Both the position numbers and the translations under genes were made by a program. Positions 9,327 through 18,126 of a stretch of 34,822 nucleotides of DNA are shown in pieces. Position 1 is the first letter of the stretch. Every line of letters starts with the position of its first letter. Under the pieces are notes generated by a model. That model did not search any database. It saw only the letters and a program-made list of their open reading frames with translations, and was not told where the DNA came from. This DNA is from Candidatus Bathyarchaeia archaeon. Lineage in GTDB: Archaea > Thermoproteota > Bathyarchaeia > RBG-16-48-13 > GCA-020355125. Location: NCBI GenBank assembly GCA_036446055.1, contig JAZFSF010000155.1, forward strand, positions 1 to 34,822. Reading direction: 5' to 3'.

Positions 9327-10130
9327 CTATCCCCTCGTTATTTTTGTACCCGTAACCTTCTCTCCCTTTAAGGCTTTGTAGAGTCGGTCTGCTATACTAG
9401 CATTCACTATGTCTATTTGAATGCCACGCTCTACGGTGGGGATTAACTCAGTTACCTTTCCCCGCATTCCCTTCGTGACATCCACCGTTTTGGCTTCATC
9501 GATGCTGTTCAAAAGCCCGTTCAATTCTTCGAGTGAAATCTCATTTATCATTTTGGCGTTGGGATTTGACTTCGGGTCGTCAGTGAAGAGGCCATCAACG
9601 TCAACGGCGATGACCATTTTTTCCACATTAAAGATCATTGCAAGTTCAGCGGCTATTTGGTCTCCCGAGAGAATGGTGAAGCCTAATTCAAGGTCCAACA
9701 CGGCGTCTCCATATAGGACGGGGATGAATCCGAGGCGGAGAAAGTGTTGAATTGCGGTGATGTCGAAGTGTTGGATGCGTCCTCCCTTTGTGGTAATGCA
9801 TGCAGATGGTTGGATGGCTACCACGGGAATGTTCTGTCGGATGAAGGTGTCGATGACCAATTTGTTAAGCGCCATCATGGCCTGCCTCGTCTTGCTAAAA
9901 CCAATTTTTTGACTAGGGGTTTTGTAGCCTTCAACGATTTGATATTCCCTTGCGACGGGGTGGCCGAAGGAGCCTCCGCCATGAATAAGGATCAATGAAT
10001 CAAGCCGTGCTTCAGCTATTTCCTTAACAATCCTATTGATGGAGGGAATGTTCGGGGTGAAAGTCTTCTCTTTAGCGGTGACAACGCTGCCCCCGAGCTT
10101 CACTACTATGGGCTTCACTCGTGTATCCAA
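9327..10130 (-). CDS. ipk: Isopentenyl phosphate kinase
   Basis: 267 aa amino-acid-kinase fold. VVKLGGSVVT and HGGGSFGH motifs. The start is TTG at 10130 or, more likely, GTG at 10118, which gives a GTGA overlap with the mvk stop. Confidence 0.85.
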   Translation of the reverse strand: MDTRVKPIVVKLGGSVVTAKEKTFTPNIPSINRIVKEIAEARLDSLILIHGGGSFGHPVAREYQIVEGYKTPSQKIGFSKTRQAMMALNKLVIDTFIRQNIPVVAIQPSACITTKGGRIQHFDITAIQHFLRLGFIPVLYGDAVLDLELGFTILSGDQIAAELAMIFNVEKMVIAVDVDGLFTDDPKSNPNAKMINEISLEELNGLLNSIDEAKTVDVTKGMRGKVTELIPTVERGIQIDIVNASIADRLYKALKGEKVTGTKITRG

Positions 10131-11095
10131 GAGTGAACACCTTTATCCGCCTTTTTCGCTATTATAGGAGTGCCTCCTGCCCTACGAATTGCTTCGGATA
10201 CCCGTTCCCTCTTGTCTAACGGTGTGAGCGCAATCATGCAGCCTCCTCCACCAGCGCCTGTGAGCTTTGCTCCGACAGCGCCACTTGCCCTCGCAGCATA
10301 CACCAGCCGATCTAAGGCTTCATGGGAAACGCCTATCGCCATTAGTAAGCCTTGATTTATATCCATTAACTCTCCCAGCCTATTCAAGGCGTCGCTTTTT
10401 AAGGCTTCAATGAATTGTCGAGATAAGTGCTTTGCTGCAGAGTTCATCAAGTTCATTATCTCGGGGAACCGACTCCGCTTCATCCTGACATTGTCAACTA
10501 GGATTCCCGTGTTCCGTTGAATTCCCGTGTTTCCAATAACGAGGGGGATAGCAGACGCCGTTTTTAGCCGGGTTATCCCTTCTTCCTTTTTGTATACGAT
10601 GACTCCACCGTAAGTGGAGATGGCTTGATCGATTCCAGATGGGTTTATGTGAACAACTTTCTCCGCCTCCGTGGAAAGGGAAACGATTTTATCTGCTGAT
10701 AATTCTCTGCCCAAAAACTTTCCAACAGCGGCCACCGTGGCAACAGCCAAGGCCCCAGAAGAGCCTAAACCAACGGCCATGGGAATAGAAGAGTAAACTG
10801 AAATGTTTAACCCTATCTTCTTCTCGAAAGCATTGAGAACGGTCTGCGCTGAAATCTTTATAGGCTTTAAAACCTTCTCGCCCCCAACGTAACCCTTTTC
10901 AGCAGTGTATTTATCTTCAACAAAGGTTCCTGAAAAGCCGAGGTCGGAGGAAATGTATAGGGAACGGTTTTGTCTGCCTTCCACGGTTACTTGGACGCGG
11001 CGGTTGATAGCCATAACTATTGCGGCTTCGCCGTAGACAACGAAGTGTTCGCCCACCAATATGGTTTTTCCCGGAGCGGTTGCCGTTGCTTTCAT
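10115..11095 (-). CDS. mvk: Mevalonate kinase (GHMP family)
   Basis: 326 aa. APGKTILVGEHFVVYG N-terminus and GHMP motif PMAVGLGSSGALAVA. Confidence 0.9.
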   Translation of the reverse strand: MKATATAPGKTILVGEHFVVYGEAAIVMAINRRVQVTVEGRQNRSLYISSDLGFSGTFVEDKYTAEKGYVGGEKVLKPIKISAQTVLNAFEKKIGLNISVYSSIPMAVGLGSSGALAVATVAAVGKFLGRELSADKIVSLSTEAEKVVHINPSGIDQAISTYGGVIVYKKEEGITRLKTASAIPLVIGNTGIQRNTGILVDNVRMKRSRFPEIMNLMNSAAKHLSRQFIEALKSDALNRLGELMDINQGLLMAIGVSHEALDRLVYAARASGAVGAKLTGAGGGGCMIALTPLDKRERVSEAIRRAGGTPIIAKKADKGVHSWIHE

Positions 11096-11175
11096 AAAAT
11101 CCCTTCTTTGTGAGAAATAACTTTACGGAGAGACCGTTAACTATCTATCTTTCTCAATAAAGTTGTGTTAAGATT

Positions 11176-12027
11176 CTATTTAACCATGACTGCAGAGGCA
11201 TAGCCAACGACCTGCCGTTTATCTCCCGTTATATCTCCACTAGTTTTATGTTGTAGGAGAACCACCCTCTCTGCTCCCAGCGTCTTGGAAGCCACGATGG
11301 CTGTGGACACTGGTCCGTACCCACACATCGATATGCCGTGAGTTTTGACCACTGCTTGTAGCTCTTCCTCGTCGAGGCGACTTATGGCGTCCAAAGCTAA
11401 TCTATCATTTTTCTTGGCGATACTTTGAGGTTCGTAATGCGAAAAATCGGTGGAAGCGATTATTAAAACATTTTTTCCAGCTGAAGCACGGGCTATGGCG
11501 GTACCAACGTCCTGACTTACTTCCACGTCCTGCATTCTCATACAGATTGGAACGAACTGGAAGGCGCCGTAAACGTATTGTAGAAAAGGGAGTTGTACTT
11601 CGATAGAATGCTCGTAGAGGTGTGCTCCCTTATCCAAATCAATAACTTCTGATAACCTTTGAATATCCGTTGCCAACTCTGCGTTTATCCTAACGTCTCC
11701 GAGAGGGGTTCGCCAGACTCCGTCCAACATGATCGAGACCCCCTTTCCATATCCCGTGTGGTTGGGACCGACAATAACTATTGTGTCGGGTCGTCCATCA
11801 TCAGCCACGTAAGCGTATCCCTTTGCAGCGACAGGACCGGAGTACATGTATCCTGCATGAGGGGAAACGAGGGCAATAGTCTTTCGAAGTTTTTGCTCTC
11901 TAACATTGGGAAGTGCTTTCGAACCAAAATCATGCCTGAAGCACTCTTCAATCTGCTTTCTCAGCGCTCTTTCCGATGAAGCGTAAAAACTTCCCGCTTG
12001 ACAGGGAAGCCTAACGCTATCATCCAA
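11176..12027 (-). CDS. MEMO1 / AmmeMemoRadiSam system protein B family protein
   Basis: 283 aa. SPHAGYMYSG and GPNHTG motifs typical of Memo-like proteins. TTG start. Confidence 0.8.
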   Translation of the reverse strand: MDDSVRLPCQAGSFYASSERALRKQIEECFRHDFGSKALPNVREQKLRKTIALVSPHAGYMYSGPVAAKGYAYVADDGRPDTIVIVGPNHTGYGKGVSIMLDGVWRTPLGDVRINAELATDIQRLSEVIDLDKGAHLYEHSIEVQLPFLQYVYGAFQFVPICMRMQDVEVSQDVGTAIARASAGKNVLIIASTDFSHYEPQSIAKKNDRLALDAISRLDEEELQAVVKTHGISMCGYGPVSTAIVASKTLGAERVVLLQHKTSGDITGDKRQVVGYASAVMVK

Positions 12028-12045
12028 CGAGTTATTCGCCTCTTA

Positions 12046-12711
12046 TCATTCGAATTGTGAGCGAACTTCAGAAAGCTTAGTCTCAAAAGCTTCTATCGGC
12101 ATTGACAGGTCACCATCGGATGGGATTTCTCCCTTCTCTCGTAGAATTTGTCTGGCTAGTAGCCAATAAACTGTGGCGAGTGATCGTCGCCCTTTGTTGT
12201 TAGCAGGAATTACAAAGTCGATTTTGGAGAAATCGTTATCTGTGTCGCATAGAGCCACGACCGGTATACCCACCGATGAGGCCTCTTTAACGGCCTGTTT
12301 ATCTGCTTTCGGGTCAGTTACTACCACTACCTCTGCCTCGAGATGGCTTGAATGATTTGGGTTTGAAAAGAGCCCTGGAAGAAATCTGCCAGTAACCGGG
12401 TGGGCAAAAGTTACCTCACAGAACTTTGTGACGGGGGTTATACCGTATAGACGTGTGGAAACAACGATGACCTTTGACGGGTCAATGAACGCTAGGAATT
12501 TGGCGGCCGTCCGTATTCGGGCATTGGTCTTTTCCACGTCTAACACGAATAGACCATCGGGTCTAACTCTATAGATGAAGGGATCCATGTCCTTCGTGTT
12601 AATCCTCGTCCCAATGTGTATACCCGCTGAAAGAAGGTTTTCAATTGGCAGAAGAAGACCGGTCTCTTTCACGATGACTTCTTCACTCTCACTACTTTCT
12701 TCTTCAGTCAC
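12046..12711 (-). CDS. rps2: 30S ribosomal protein uS2
   Basis: 221 aa with an acidic N-terminal tail followed by a conserved uS2 core (GIHIGT, VVVTDP). GTG start preceded by AGGAGG. Confidence 0.9.
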   Translation of the reverse strand: MTEEESSESEEVIVKETGLLLPIENLLSAGIHIGTRINTKDMDPFIYRVRPDGLFVLDVEKTNARIRTAAKFLAFIDPSKVIVVSTRLYGITPVTKFCEVTFAHPVTGRFLPGLFSNPNHSSHLEAEVVVVTDPKADKQAVKEASSVGIPVVALCDTDNDFSKIDFVIPANNKGRRSLATVYWLLARQILREKGEIPSDGDLSMPIEAFETKLSEVRSQFE

Positions 12712-12801
12712 GTCTGAATCCTCCTAAATCCGTTAAACACGTTTTTTCACTCTTTTACCTGATTTCCATACTTCTTTGTTCCTTTACATGAAGCGGTGTT
12801 T

Positions 12802-13002
12802 CTACTTAGCTTCAAAGTATTTGAGGATTTCGTCTATGATTTCAACGTTAGAGAGAATCATGCGACGACAACAATAACGCTTTATCCCTAGACCGTCTAG
12901 AACCGTCTTCGGGGTCTCTCCACCTTGAACTCTGCGTGCATAATCTTCCCATTTATCTCCAATGAGGGTACCACATGAAAAGCATCTTACCGGAGCCATC
13001 AT
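12802..13002 (-). CDS. rpoN: DNA-directed RNA polymerase subunit N (Rpo10)
   Basis: The conserved N-terminus [11 protein letters not shown]...YCCRRM begins at the internal ATG (13002). The 96-aa tracked ORF (to 13092) would overlap rps9 by 77 nt. GGAGG lies about 9 nt upstream of 13002. Confidence 0.85.
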   Translation of the reverse strand: MMAPVRCFSCGTLIGDKWEDYARRVQGGETPKTVLDGLGIKRYCCRRMILSNVEIIDEILKYFEAK

Positions 13003-13015
13003 CGTCTTCATCCTC

Positions 13016-13438
13016 CTACCTATAAGATTTTTGCTTCTTACTTCGCGCTCCTCGACCGCCAACCTTCTTTGGTTCTTTTCTTCGAGGGTCACCTGTTAGC
13101 ATGGTTCGGTCATAACTTAGAATTATGTCTCTTACTGAGGAGCTTTTAAACCATGTAACGAGGGCTCGGGCGATGGCCATTCTCGATGCTTCGGCTTGTC
13201 CCATAAAACCTCCGCCACGAACGTTTACGTCTATGTCGACGTCACTCAACTGTCCCTCTAGAAGAAGGAGAGGTTCCTGTATCTTTCGCTGCGCGATTTC
13301 AGGTGTTAAGATTTCAATGGGAATCTTATTGATTCTCACCCGTCCTTTTCCTGGTCTGACGATGGCTCGGGCAATGGCTGTTTTCCTCTTTCCACTCTCA
13401 AGCACAACGTTTTTTTTGCTTGCATACTTCGTCTTCAT
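13016..13438 (-). CDS. rps9: 30S ribosomal protein uS9
   Basis: 140 aa. [10 protein letters not shown] near the N-terminus and the characteristic C-terminal ...KKQKSYR. Confidence 0.9.
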   Translation of the reverse strand: MKTKYASKKNVVLESGKRKTAIARAIVRPGKGRVRINKIPIEILTPEIAQRKIQEPLLLLEGQLSDVDIDVNVRGGGFMGQAEASRMAIARALVTWFKSSSVRDIILSYDRTMLTGDPRRKEPKKVGGRGARSKKQKSYR

Positions 13439-13466
13439 CTACATCAATCTCAAGACGTTTTTCTGA

Positions 13467-13826
13467 TCATCCAATTATTCTTATCCCTGATCCCTTAGGG
13501 TTCTCTTGAACGAGGGCAGTAAGGGTTAAATATTTACCCCCTGACCCCTCTATTTTTTCTCTGGCTTGCCTTGAACACGAGAACGCTGCAACGTTTACTC
13601 GATGCGTTAACCTTCCTGAGCTGAGCACTTTTCCTGGGACGACCACAGTCTCATCATCTTTGGAGTGCCTGTTTATTCGACTGATGTTTACTGCGACCCG
13701 CTTATGCTTTCTCTTTCGTAGTTTATCCGCTACGGCATCCCAAACGGCAGCGTCTTCTTCGTTTGCCGCCCGTACTAACATTTTTAAGACATCTATAAGC
13801 TCAGTATTTATTGTTTTAGACCTCAT
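13467..13826 (-). CDS. rpl18e: 50S ribosomal protein L18e (eL18)
   Basis: 119 aa in the canonical position after rpoD. VNISRINR and VVVPGKVL segments. TAATG overlap with the rpoD stop. Confidence 0.85.
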   Translation of the reverse strand: MRSKTINTELIDVLKMLVRAANEEDAAVWDAVADKLRKRKHKRVAVNISRINRHSKDDETVVVPGKVLSSGRLTHRVNVAAFSCSRQAREKIEGSGGKYLTLTALVQENPKGSGIRIIG

Positions 13827-14641
13827 TATGCTTTACCTGCCTTGATCTGCGTTACGAAACCCTTCAATTCATCGGTTTTTTCCTTCAATATTTTGATGGA
13901 TTCCAAGAAGATGCGTTCTGGAGGCAAACCCCCCATGGACTCGACGTTAATAATAAAGGAATCTTTAATCTTTTCTACCCGTATTGCGTCGATGGGACAG
14001 ATTTTTTCACATTGTTTACAAAGGTTACACTTCTCAAGTCCAATGACATTAACCTGTCCCTTAATAGCTAACACTTGCTTCAAACAGGCGTCTAAGCATT
14101 TTTTACACAGAGTACACTTCTCGTGGTCAACTTGAATATCTGCGGCATATTTATGGGTGCAGCGAGAGGTGGGCTGCCATTTGACGTGGTCAAGGCCCAA
14201 ACCTAATTTCGCGTAGGCTTCGAAACGAACCTTCTGACCCTGTGCCAATTTTACGATAGGAATCTTATCGCTCACGGGGATAATTTCGGGATCAATGGAA
14301 ATCAATTCCTTGGAATAGACGGTTCGCGTACCCTCCTGGGCTTCAGACTCTAATGTGAGGGTCACGCTACACCTGCTGCAACCAAGTTCACTATTACATG
14401 TGCATTTCTTGGGAAGCACATATGCGTCAAGGTCAGTCTTCAACGGAATAAGGCCCAGTCGGTGGGCTAGAACCTCGTCTTTCATGGTAGAAGTATTCTC
14501 TATCATGATGACAGTATCAATTTCCATCGAAGGCACCTCTGTCATCATTATTCTCCTCAGAGAATTCACGAGAGATACATCGATTCCACTAACAAGAAAT
14601 CGAATAAAGTTCTCATCTCTCTCCAGAACTTTAATTTTCAT
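13826..14641 (-). CDS. rpoD: DNA-directed RNA polymerase subunit D (Rpo3) with ferredoxin-like Fe-S domain
   Basis: 271 aa. LRRIMMTEVPSMEID N-terminus and two CxxCxxCxxxC motifs (CTLCKKCLDAC, CNLCKQCEKICP). Confidence 0.9.
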   Translation of the reverse strand: MKIKVLERDENFIRFLVSGIDVSLVNSLRRIMMTEVPSMEIDTVIMIENTSTMKDEVLAHRLGLIPLKTDLDAYVLPKKCTCNSELGCSRCSVTLTLESEAQEGTRTVYSKELISIDPEIIPVSDKIPIVKLAQGQKVRFEAYAKLGLGLDHVKWQPTSRCTHKYAADIQVDHEKCTLCKKCLDACLKQVLAIKGQVNVIGLEKCNLCKQCEKICPIDAIRVEKIKDSFIINVESMGGLPPERIFLESIKILKEKTDELKGFVTQIKAGKA

Positions 14642-14664
14642 TGTATCCGCCTTGTCTCGGTTGA

Positions 14665-15060
14665 TTACTTTCGTCTTCCTCTGCGACCACCAGGACGTCT
14701 TGTGCCGTCGTGGGGGACGGGAGTGACTTCTTCTATTCGTCCTATTCGAAGACCTGACCTCGCTAAAGCTCTAATCGCTGGTTGTGCGCCTGGTCCAGGG
14801 GTTTTGAGGCCATGACCTCCTGGAGCTCTGACCTTGATGTGCACTGAGTTTATCCCTTTATCCTTCGCTGTCTGCGCTGCGCTGAAGGCCGCTTGCATGG
14901 CAGCATAAGGCGAGGACTCATACCGGTCAGCCTTGACAAACATTCCTCCAGAGTATCTGGCGATGGTTTCTGCGCCACTTAAATCGGTAACATGGACGAT
15001 GGTGTTGTTATAGGAGGAGTAGATGTTTACTACACCCCACTTCTCTTTTCTATCACTCAT
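14665..15060 (-). CDS. rps11: 30S ribosomal protein uS11
   Basis: [26 protein letters not shown] is a typical uS11 N-terminus. The ATG at 15060 has GAGG about 10 nt upstream. The tracked ORF extends to a TTG at 15075. Confidence 0.9.
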   Translation of the reverse strand: MSDRKEKWGVVNIYSSYNNTIVHVTDLSGAETIARYSGGMFVKADRYESSPYAAMQAAFSAAQTAKDKGINSVHIKVRAPGGHGLKTPGPGAQPAIRALARSGLRIGRIEEVTPVPHDGTRRPGGRRGRRK

Positions 15061-15079
15061 TTTTGCAATCCTCAACTCT

Positions 15080-15610
15080 TCATTTACTTGTTACTTCCTG
15101 TTCCATTACGGAGTCTGATTCAGTCTTGGCGAAGAAACTTGTCGGTGTAAAGTGAACGTCCTGTTCTTCGTCCCTTGAAACGATGTAGCTCGGAGAGGTT
15201 ATTTTCCGATTTCCTATTGAAATATGACCATGGACTACTTGCTGTCGTGCTTGTTGAGGCGTTCGCGCTAACCCATTTCTGAAGACGAGGGTTTGAATTC
15301 TGCGTTCAAGGATTCCCGCTACAGATAGATCGAGGACAGCTTCCAGACCCGCGTTTTCTGTGATAAGATTAATCGATTGAAGCTTGTTTAAGAGTTGGTT
15401 CTCAAGTTTCGAGCGTTCTTCATCCGGCATTGCCAACAACTGCCTTGCCAGAGTTCGATATTTTGAAACCGTGTAACGGTGACGCCGCAACTCTCTTTTA
15501 TTTCGTAACCCGTATTCCCCTACGAGCTTAAGTTCAGAGGTCAATTCGGTGATGGACCACGGAAATCTCGGGGATTCATATTTTTTTCGTTGTTTCTTTG
15601 GGTCTCCCAT
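15080..15610 (-). CDS. rps4: 30S ribosomal protein uS4
   Basis: 176 aa. [19 protein letters not shown]-terminus and an S4 RNA-binding domain. Confidence 0.9.
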   Translation of the reverse strand: MGDPKKQRKKYESPRFPWSITELTSELKLVGEYGLRNKRELRRHRYTVSKYRTLARQLLAMPDEERSKLENQLLNKLQSINLITENAGLEAVLDLSVAGILERRIQTLVFRNGLARTPQQARQQVVHGHISIGNRKITSPSYIVSRDEEQDVHFTPTSFFAKTESDSVMEQEVTSK

Positions 15611-15630
15611 TCCATATCCCTCTTCTCTTG

Positions 15631-16089
15631 TTATTCTCGGCTTCTGCGAAGGGTGCTTCGTCGAACACTGACAACTCGTCCAGATCTAGCGGTGGTTTTC
15701 GTCCGTTGTCCACGAACCTTTAAGCCTAATCCGTGGCGAATACCTTTCCACGATCGTGTTTCTTTCATTAGGTTAATATCAAATTCCGTTTGGAGAGTAA
15801 GGTCCGACCCGATCAGATGACGGTTTTTACCTGTTTCCAAGTCTTTTTGACGGTTAAAAAGCCAAGGTGGAATTCCAAACGCCTCAGGGTTTGCTAAGAC
15901 ATCTTCGATTTTTTGGGCTTCCGTGTCTTTCATATAGCCCACCTGTAAATCTGTCAACTTAGCTGCCTTTAAAATTGCTTTTGCCAGATTAATGCTTATG
16001 CCCTTAATCTTTGTCAGTTCAGACTCTAACTTCTCTGAACCTTGTAAATCGGAATCTGCTATTCGAACTATATAACGAAACTCGGACAA
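15631..16089 (-). CDS. rps13: 30S ribosomal protein uS13
   Basis: 152 aa. FRYIVRIADSDL and GIRHGLGLKVRGQRTKT motifs. TTG start with GGAG upstream. Confidence 0.9.
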   Translation of the reverse strand: MSEFRYIVRIADSDLQGSEKLESELTKIKGISINLAKAILKAAKLTDLQVGYMKDTEAQKIEDVLANPEAFGIPPWLFNRQKDLETGKNRHLIGSDLTLQTEFDINLMKETRSWKGIRHGLGLKVRGQRTKTTARSGRVVSVRRSTLRRSRE

Positions 16090-16343
16090 TGATTTATTCT
16101 CCTTTTTTTAAATAATCAATCTCAAATGTAATCAAACTTCAAATGGTTTTCACACAAACATGCAAAATGGTGTTTTTAAACATTACGTAAAGTTAAGTCA
16201 AGCCGTGAGAGGAGGAAGAACATACGCGCGATAAATATTTATTGCTCATCACGGAGGTCCAAGAAAGGTGTACACCTAAGCACCCTGCAAACACAAACAA
16301 GTGGAAGTATGAAACGCGGCTTCAGGGATAAGACGCCGCTTTT

Positions 16344-17369
16344 TCATTCCTCAAGGTTACTGTGTACGTAACGCATGCTCACGAGGTCCGCTGCCACCTT
16401 TATTGCTTCGTCTAGGCTTGTTGGATTCGCGATACCTCGTCCCGCGATTTCGTGGGCAGTTCCATGATCAACTGACGTCCTTATGAAGGGAAGCCCAAGC
16501 GTCACTGACACGGTTCCATAGAAATCAAGAGTCTTCGCTGCGATGTGGCCCTGATCATGGTACAGCGATAGAACCGCGTCGTATCTCCCTTCCACAGCTT
16601 GGTGAAACACGGAGTCAGCTGGGATGGGTCCATACAGCTTTAGGCCTCGCTTCCTCAACTCCTTAATAGCTGGAGTGAGCTCTTCCTCTTCCTCACTCCC
16701 TACAAGTCCTCCATCGCTTGCGTGAGGATTCAGGGCAGCAATCGCAATATGTGGATCGGTCACCCCAATCCCTCTCAGGGCTTCCGCAATAGTAATGGTT
16801 GTGTCAACGATTCTCTCTCGCGTCACAGCATTCAATGCATCTTTTAGTGGAAGATGCCGCGTCAGAAAAAAAATTCTTGCACCTCTCACCCAGAACATCG
16901 TCAATGGTTCTCCAACGTCACTTAAGGCTGCGATGAACTCGGTGTGACCAATATGGTTGCTTCCTGCCAAGCTTATTGCCTTCTTGTTTATTGGGGCGGT
17001 AACGACGGCGTCTACCTCTTTATGTAAAGCGTATTCCACGGCCTTTTCAACGTATTCCAGCGATGCTCTTCCCGCCTCAACACTAATCTCCCCAATCTGT
17101 AGCCTCTCAAGGTCCACATTGTTGAGGTCTACTACTTCGATAGTTCCCACTTTTCCCTTGACGTTTTGGGGTGTCAAGGTCGTCTTGAATATAACTTTTT
17201 CCTTGAGTTGTGTCGCTGTCTTCATAAGGAGTTTTAGGTCTCCAATTATGATGGGCTTGCAACATTCATATATCTCTGGATTTAGGAGGGTTTTAACCGC
17301 GATTTCGGGACCTATTCCAGCTGGGTCTCCCATCGTCACCATTATAATTGGACGCTTAGTTCTCGCCAT
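16344..17369 (-). CDS. pdxA: PdxA-family NAD(P)-dependent 4-phosphohydroxy-acid dehydrogenase
   Basis: GDPAGIGPEI, GHTEF and RTSVDHGTAHEIAGRGIA motifs. The family N-terminus starts at the internal ATG (17369, MARTKRPIIMVTMGDPAGIG). The tracked ORF runs to 17465. Confidence 0.8.
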   Translation of the reverse strand: MARTKRPIIMVTMGDPAGIGPEIAVKTLLNPEIYECCKPIIIGDLKLLMKTATQLKEKVIFKTTLTPQNVKGKVGTIEVVDLNNVDLERLQIGEISVEAGRASLEYVEKAVEYALHKEVDAVVTAPINKKAISLAGSNHIGHTEFIAALSDVGEPLTMFWVRGARIFFLTRHLPLKDALNAVTRERIVDTTITIAEALRGIGVTDPHIAIAALNPHASDGGLVGSEEEEELTPAIKELRKRGLKLYGPIPADSVFHQAVEGRYDAVLSLYHDQGHIAAKTLDFYGTVSVTLGLPFIRTSVDHGTAHEIAGRGIANPTSLDEAIKVAADLVSMRYVHSNLEE

Positions 17370-17560
17370 TTCTTTTACCTGACTTTCATCTTTTGTGTAT
17401 TTATTCGCTATAACCCCTAAATAACTTCGCCGTCTAAAAAGGAGGGCGGTTACTCTTTTTATCAAAAGTAAAAATTAAGACGAAAAACTAAGATCGAAAG
17501 TTCAATAGATACATAACAAGCTTAATCTCGCTTCAAGAAAAAAAGGCTTCAGTGAAGAAA

Positions 17561-17697
17561 TGGCGCCGGGAGAGGGATTTGAACCCACGAGGCCCGAAGG
17601 CCACAGACTTAGCAGGCTTAAGCACCTATCTTAAAGGTCTGCTCCCTACCAGAATCCCTGTCCCGTCAAATGGCAAAGGACTCTAGGATATCCCGGC
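17561..17697 (-). tRNA. tRNA-Ser(GCU), class II, with two predicted non-canonical introns and encoded CCA
   Basis: Hand fold of the reverse complement. Acceptor stem GCCGGGA/TCCCGGC, discriminator G, CCA. T-arm GTGGG-TTCAAAT-CCCTC with one U-U mismatch. Variable arm GGCC-TTCG-GGCC. Anticodon stem CAGAC/GTCTG with loop CUGCUAA after removing 21 nt (17616-17636). The D-arm needs removal of about 26 nt (17655-17680). Confidence 0.7.
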
Positions 17698-17763
17698 ATC
17701 TGTTTTATTTGAGCCTTTATCGAAAATAAAAACCCTTCTTTCCATCCGAAGAAATCACATAAC

Positions 17764-17771
17764 ATTTATAC
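17764..17771 (+). promoter_or_regulatory. TATA-like box for the SRP RNA gene
   Basis: ATTTATAC is centred about 27 nt upstream of the inferred SRP RNA 5' end at 17796. Confidence 0.4.
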
Positions 17772-17795
17772 TCGCCCACTCCTTTTATCCGTTCG

Positions 17796-18123
17796 GGTGA
17801 TGGATCTAAGTGGGAGCTAGGGGTTCCCTTAGAAGCAACGCTTCGACCGCAAACCCCCTATACGGCGGACGACGCTGAAGTGAGGCCTTTAGGCTCCATC
17901 AACGCCTTTACTTAGTCGCCATGAATCTTCGTCCTCTGGGGCTCACGGTTGTGGGGCAATCTTCGGAGGGAGGTTGTTTCCGCATTCGTTGGGTGAATCT
18001 GGCCAGGCTCGGAAGAGAGCAACCTAAACTCAGACGATGGGCGTTCAGAGGAGTGCGGAGAAGAGTGAAGAGGTCTTGGACTTGGTGGTAACACCGGATG
18101 TCGATCTTCAGTGATCCGTCACC
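17796..18123 (+). ncRNA. Signal recognition particle RNA (archaeal 7S RNA)
   Basis: Conserved helix-8 motif GGCCAGGCTCGGAAGAGAGCAACC at 18001-18024 (compare CAGGYCCGGAAGGRAGCA). The ends pair over 11 bp (GGTGATGGATC 17796-17806 with GATCCGTCACC 18113-18123). About 330 nt, G+C-rich, with a TATA box upstream and a T5 tract downstream. Confidence 0.8.
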
Positions 18124-18126
18124 TCC

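Noticed and set aside
12802-13092. 96-aa long form of the rpoN ORF
   Set aside because: The extra 30 codons overlap the 3' end of rps9 and have no counterpart in Rpo10. The conserved [12 protein letters not shown]-terminus, with an upstream GGAGG, fits a start at 13002.
16316-16344. GCGGC-N14-GCCGC hairpin followed by T5 on the plus strand, immediately next to the pdxA-family stop
   Set aside because: The stem is short and no plus-strand gene lies upstream that it could terminate. It is most simply a 3' structure of the minus-strand pdxA transcript. The remaining 250-bp spacer showed no recognisable RNA motif.
17912-18094. 60-aa minus-strand ORF (MLPPSPRPLHSSPHSS...)
   Set aside because: It lies entirely inside the SRP RNA gene. 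Its low-complexity Pro/Ser/Arg composition is typical of antisense translation of a G+C-rich structured RNA.
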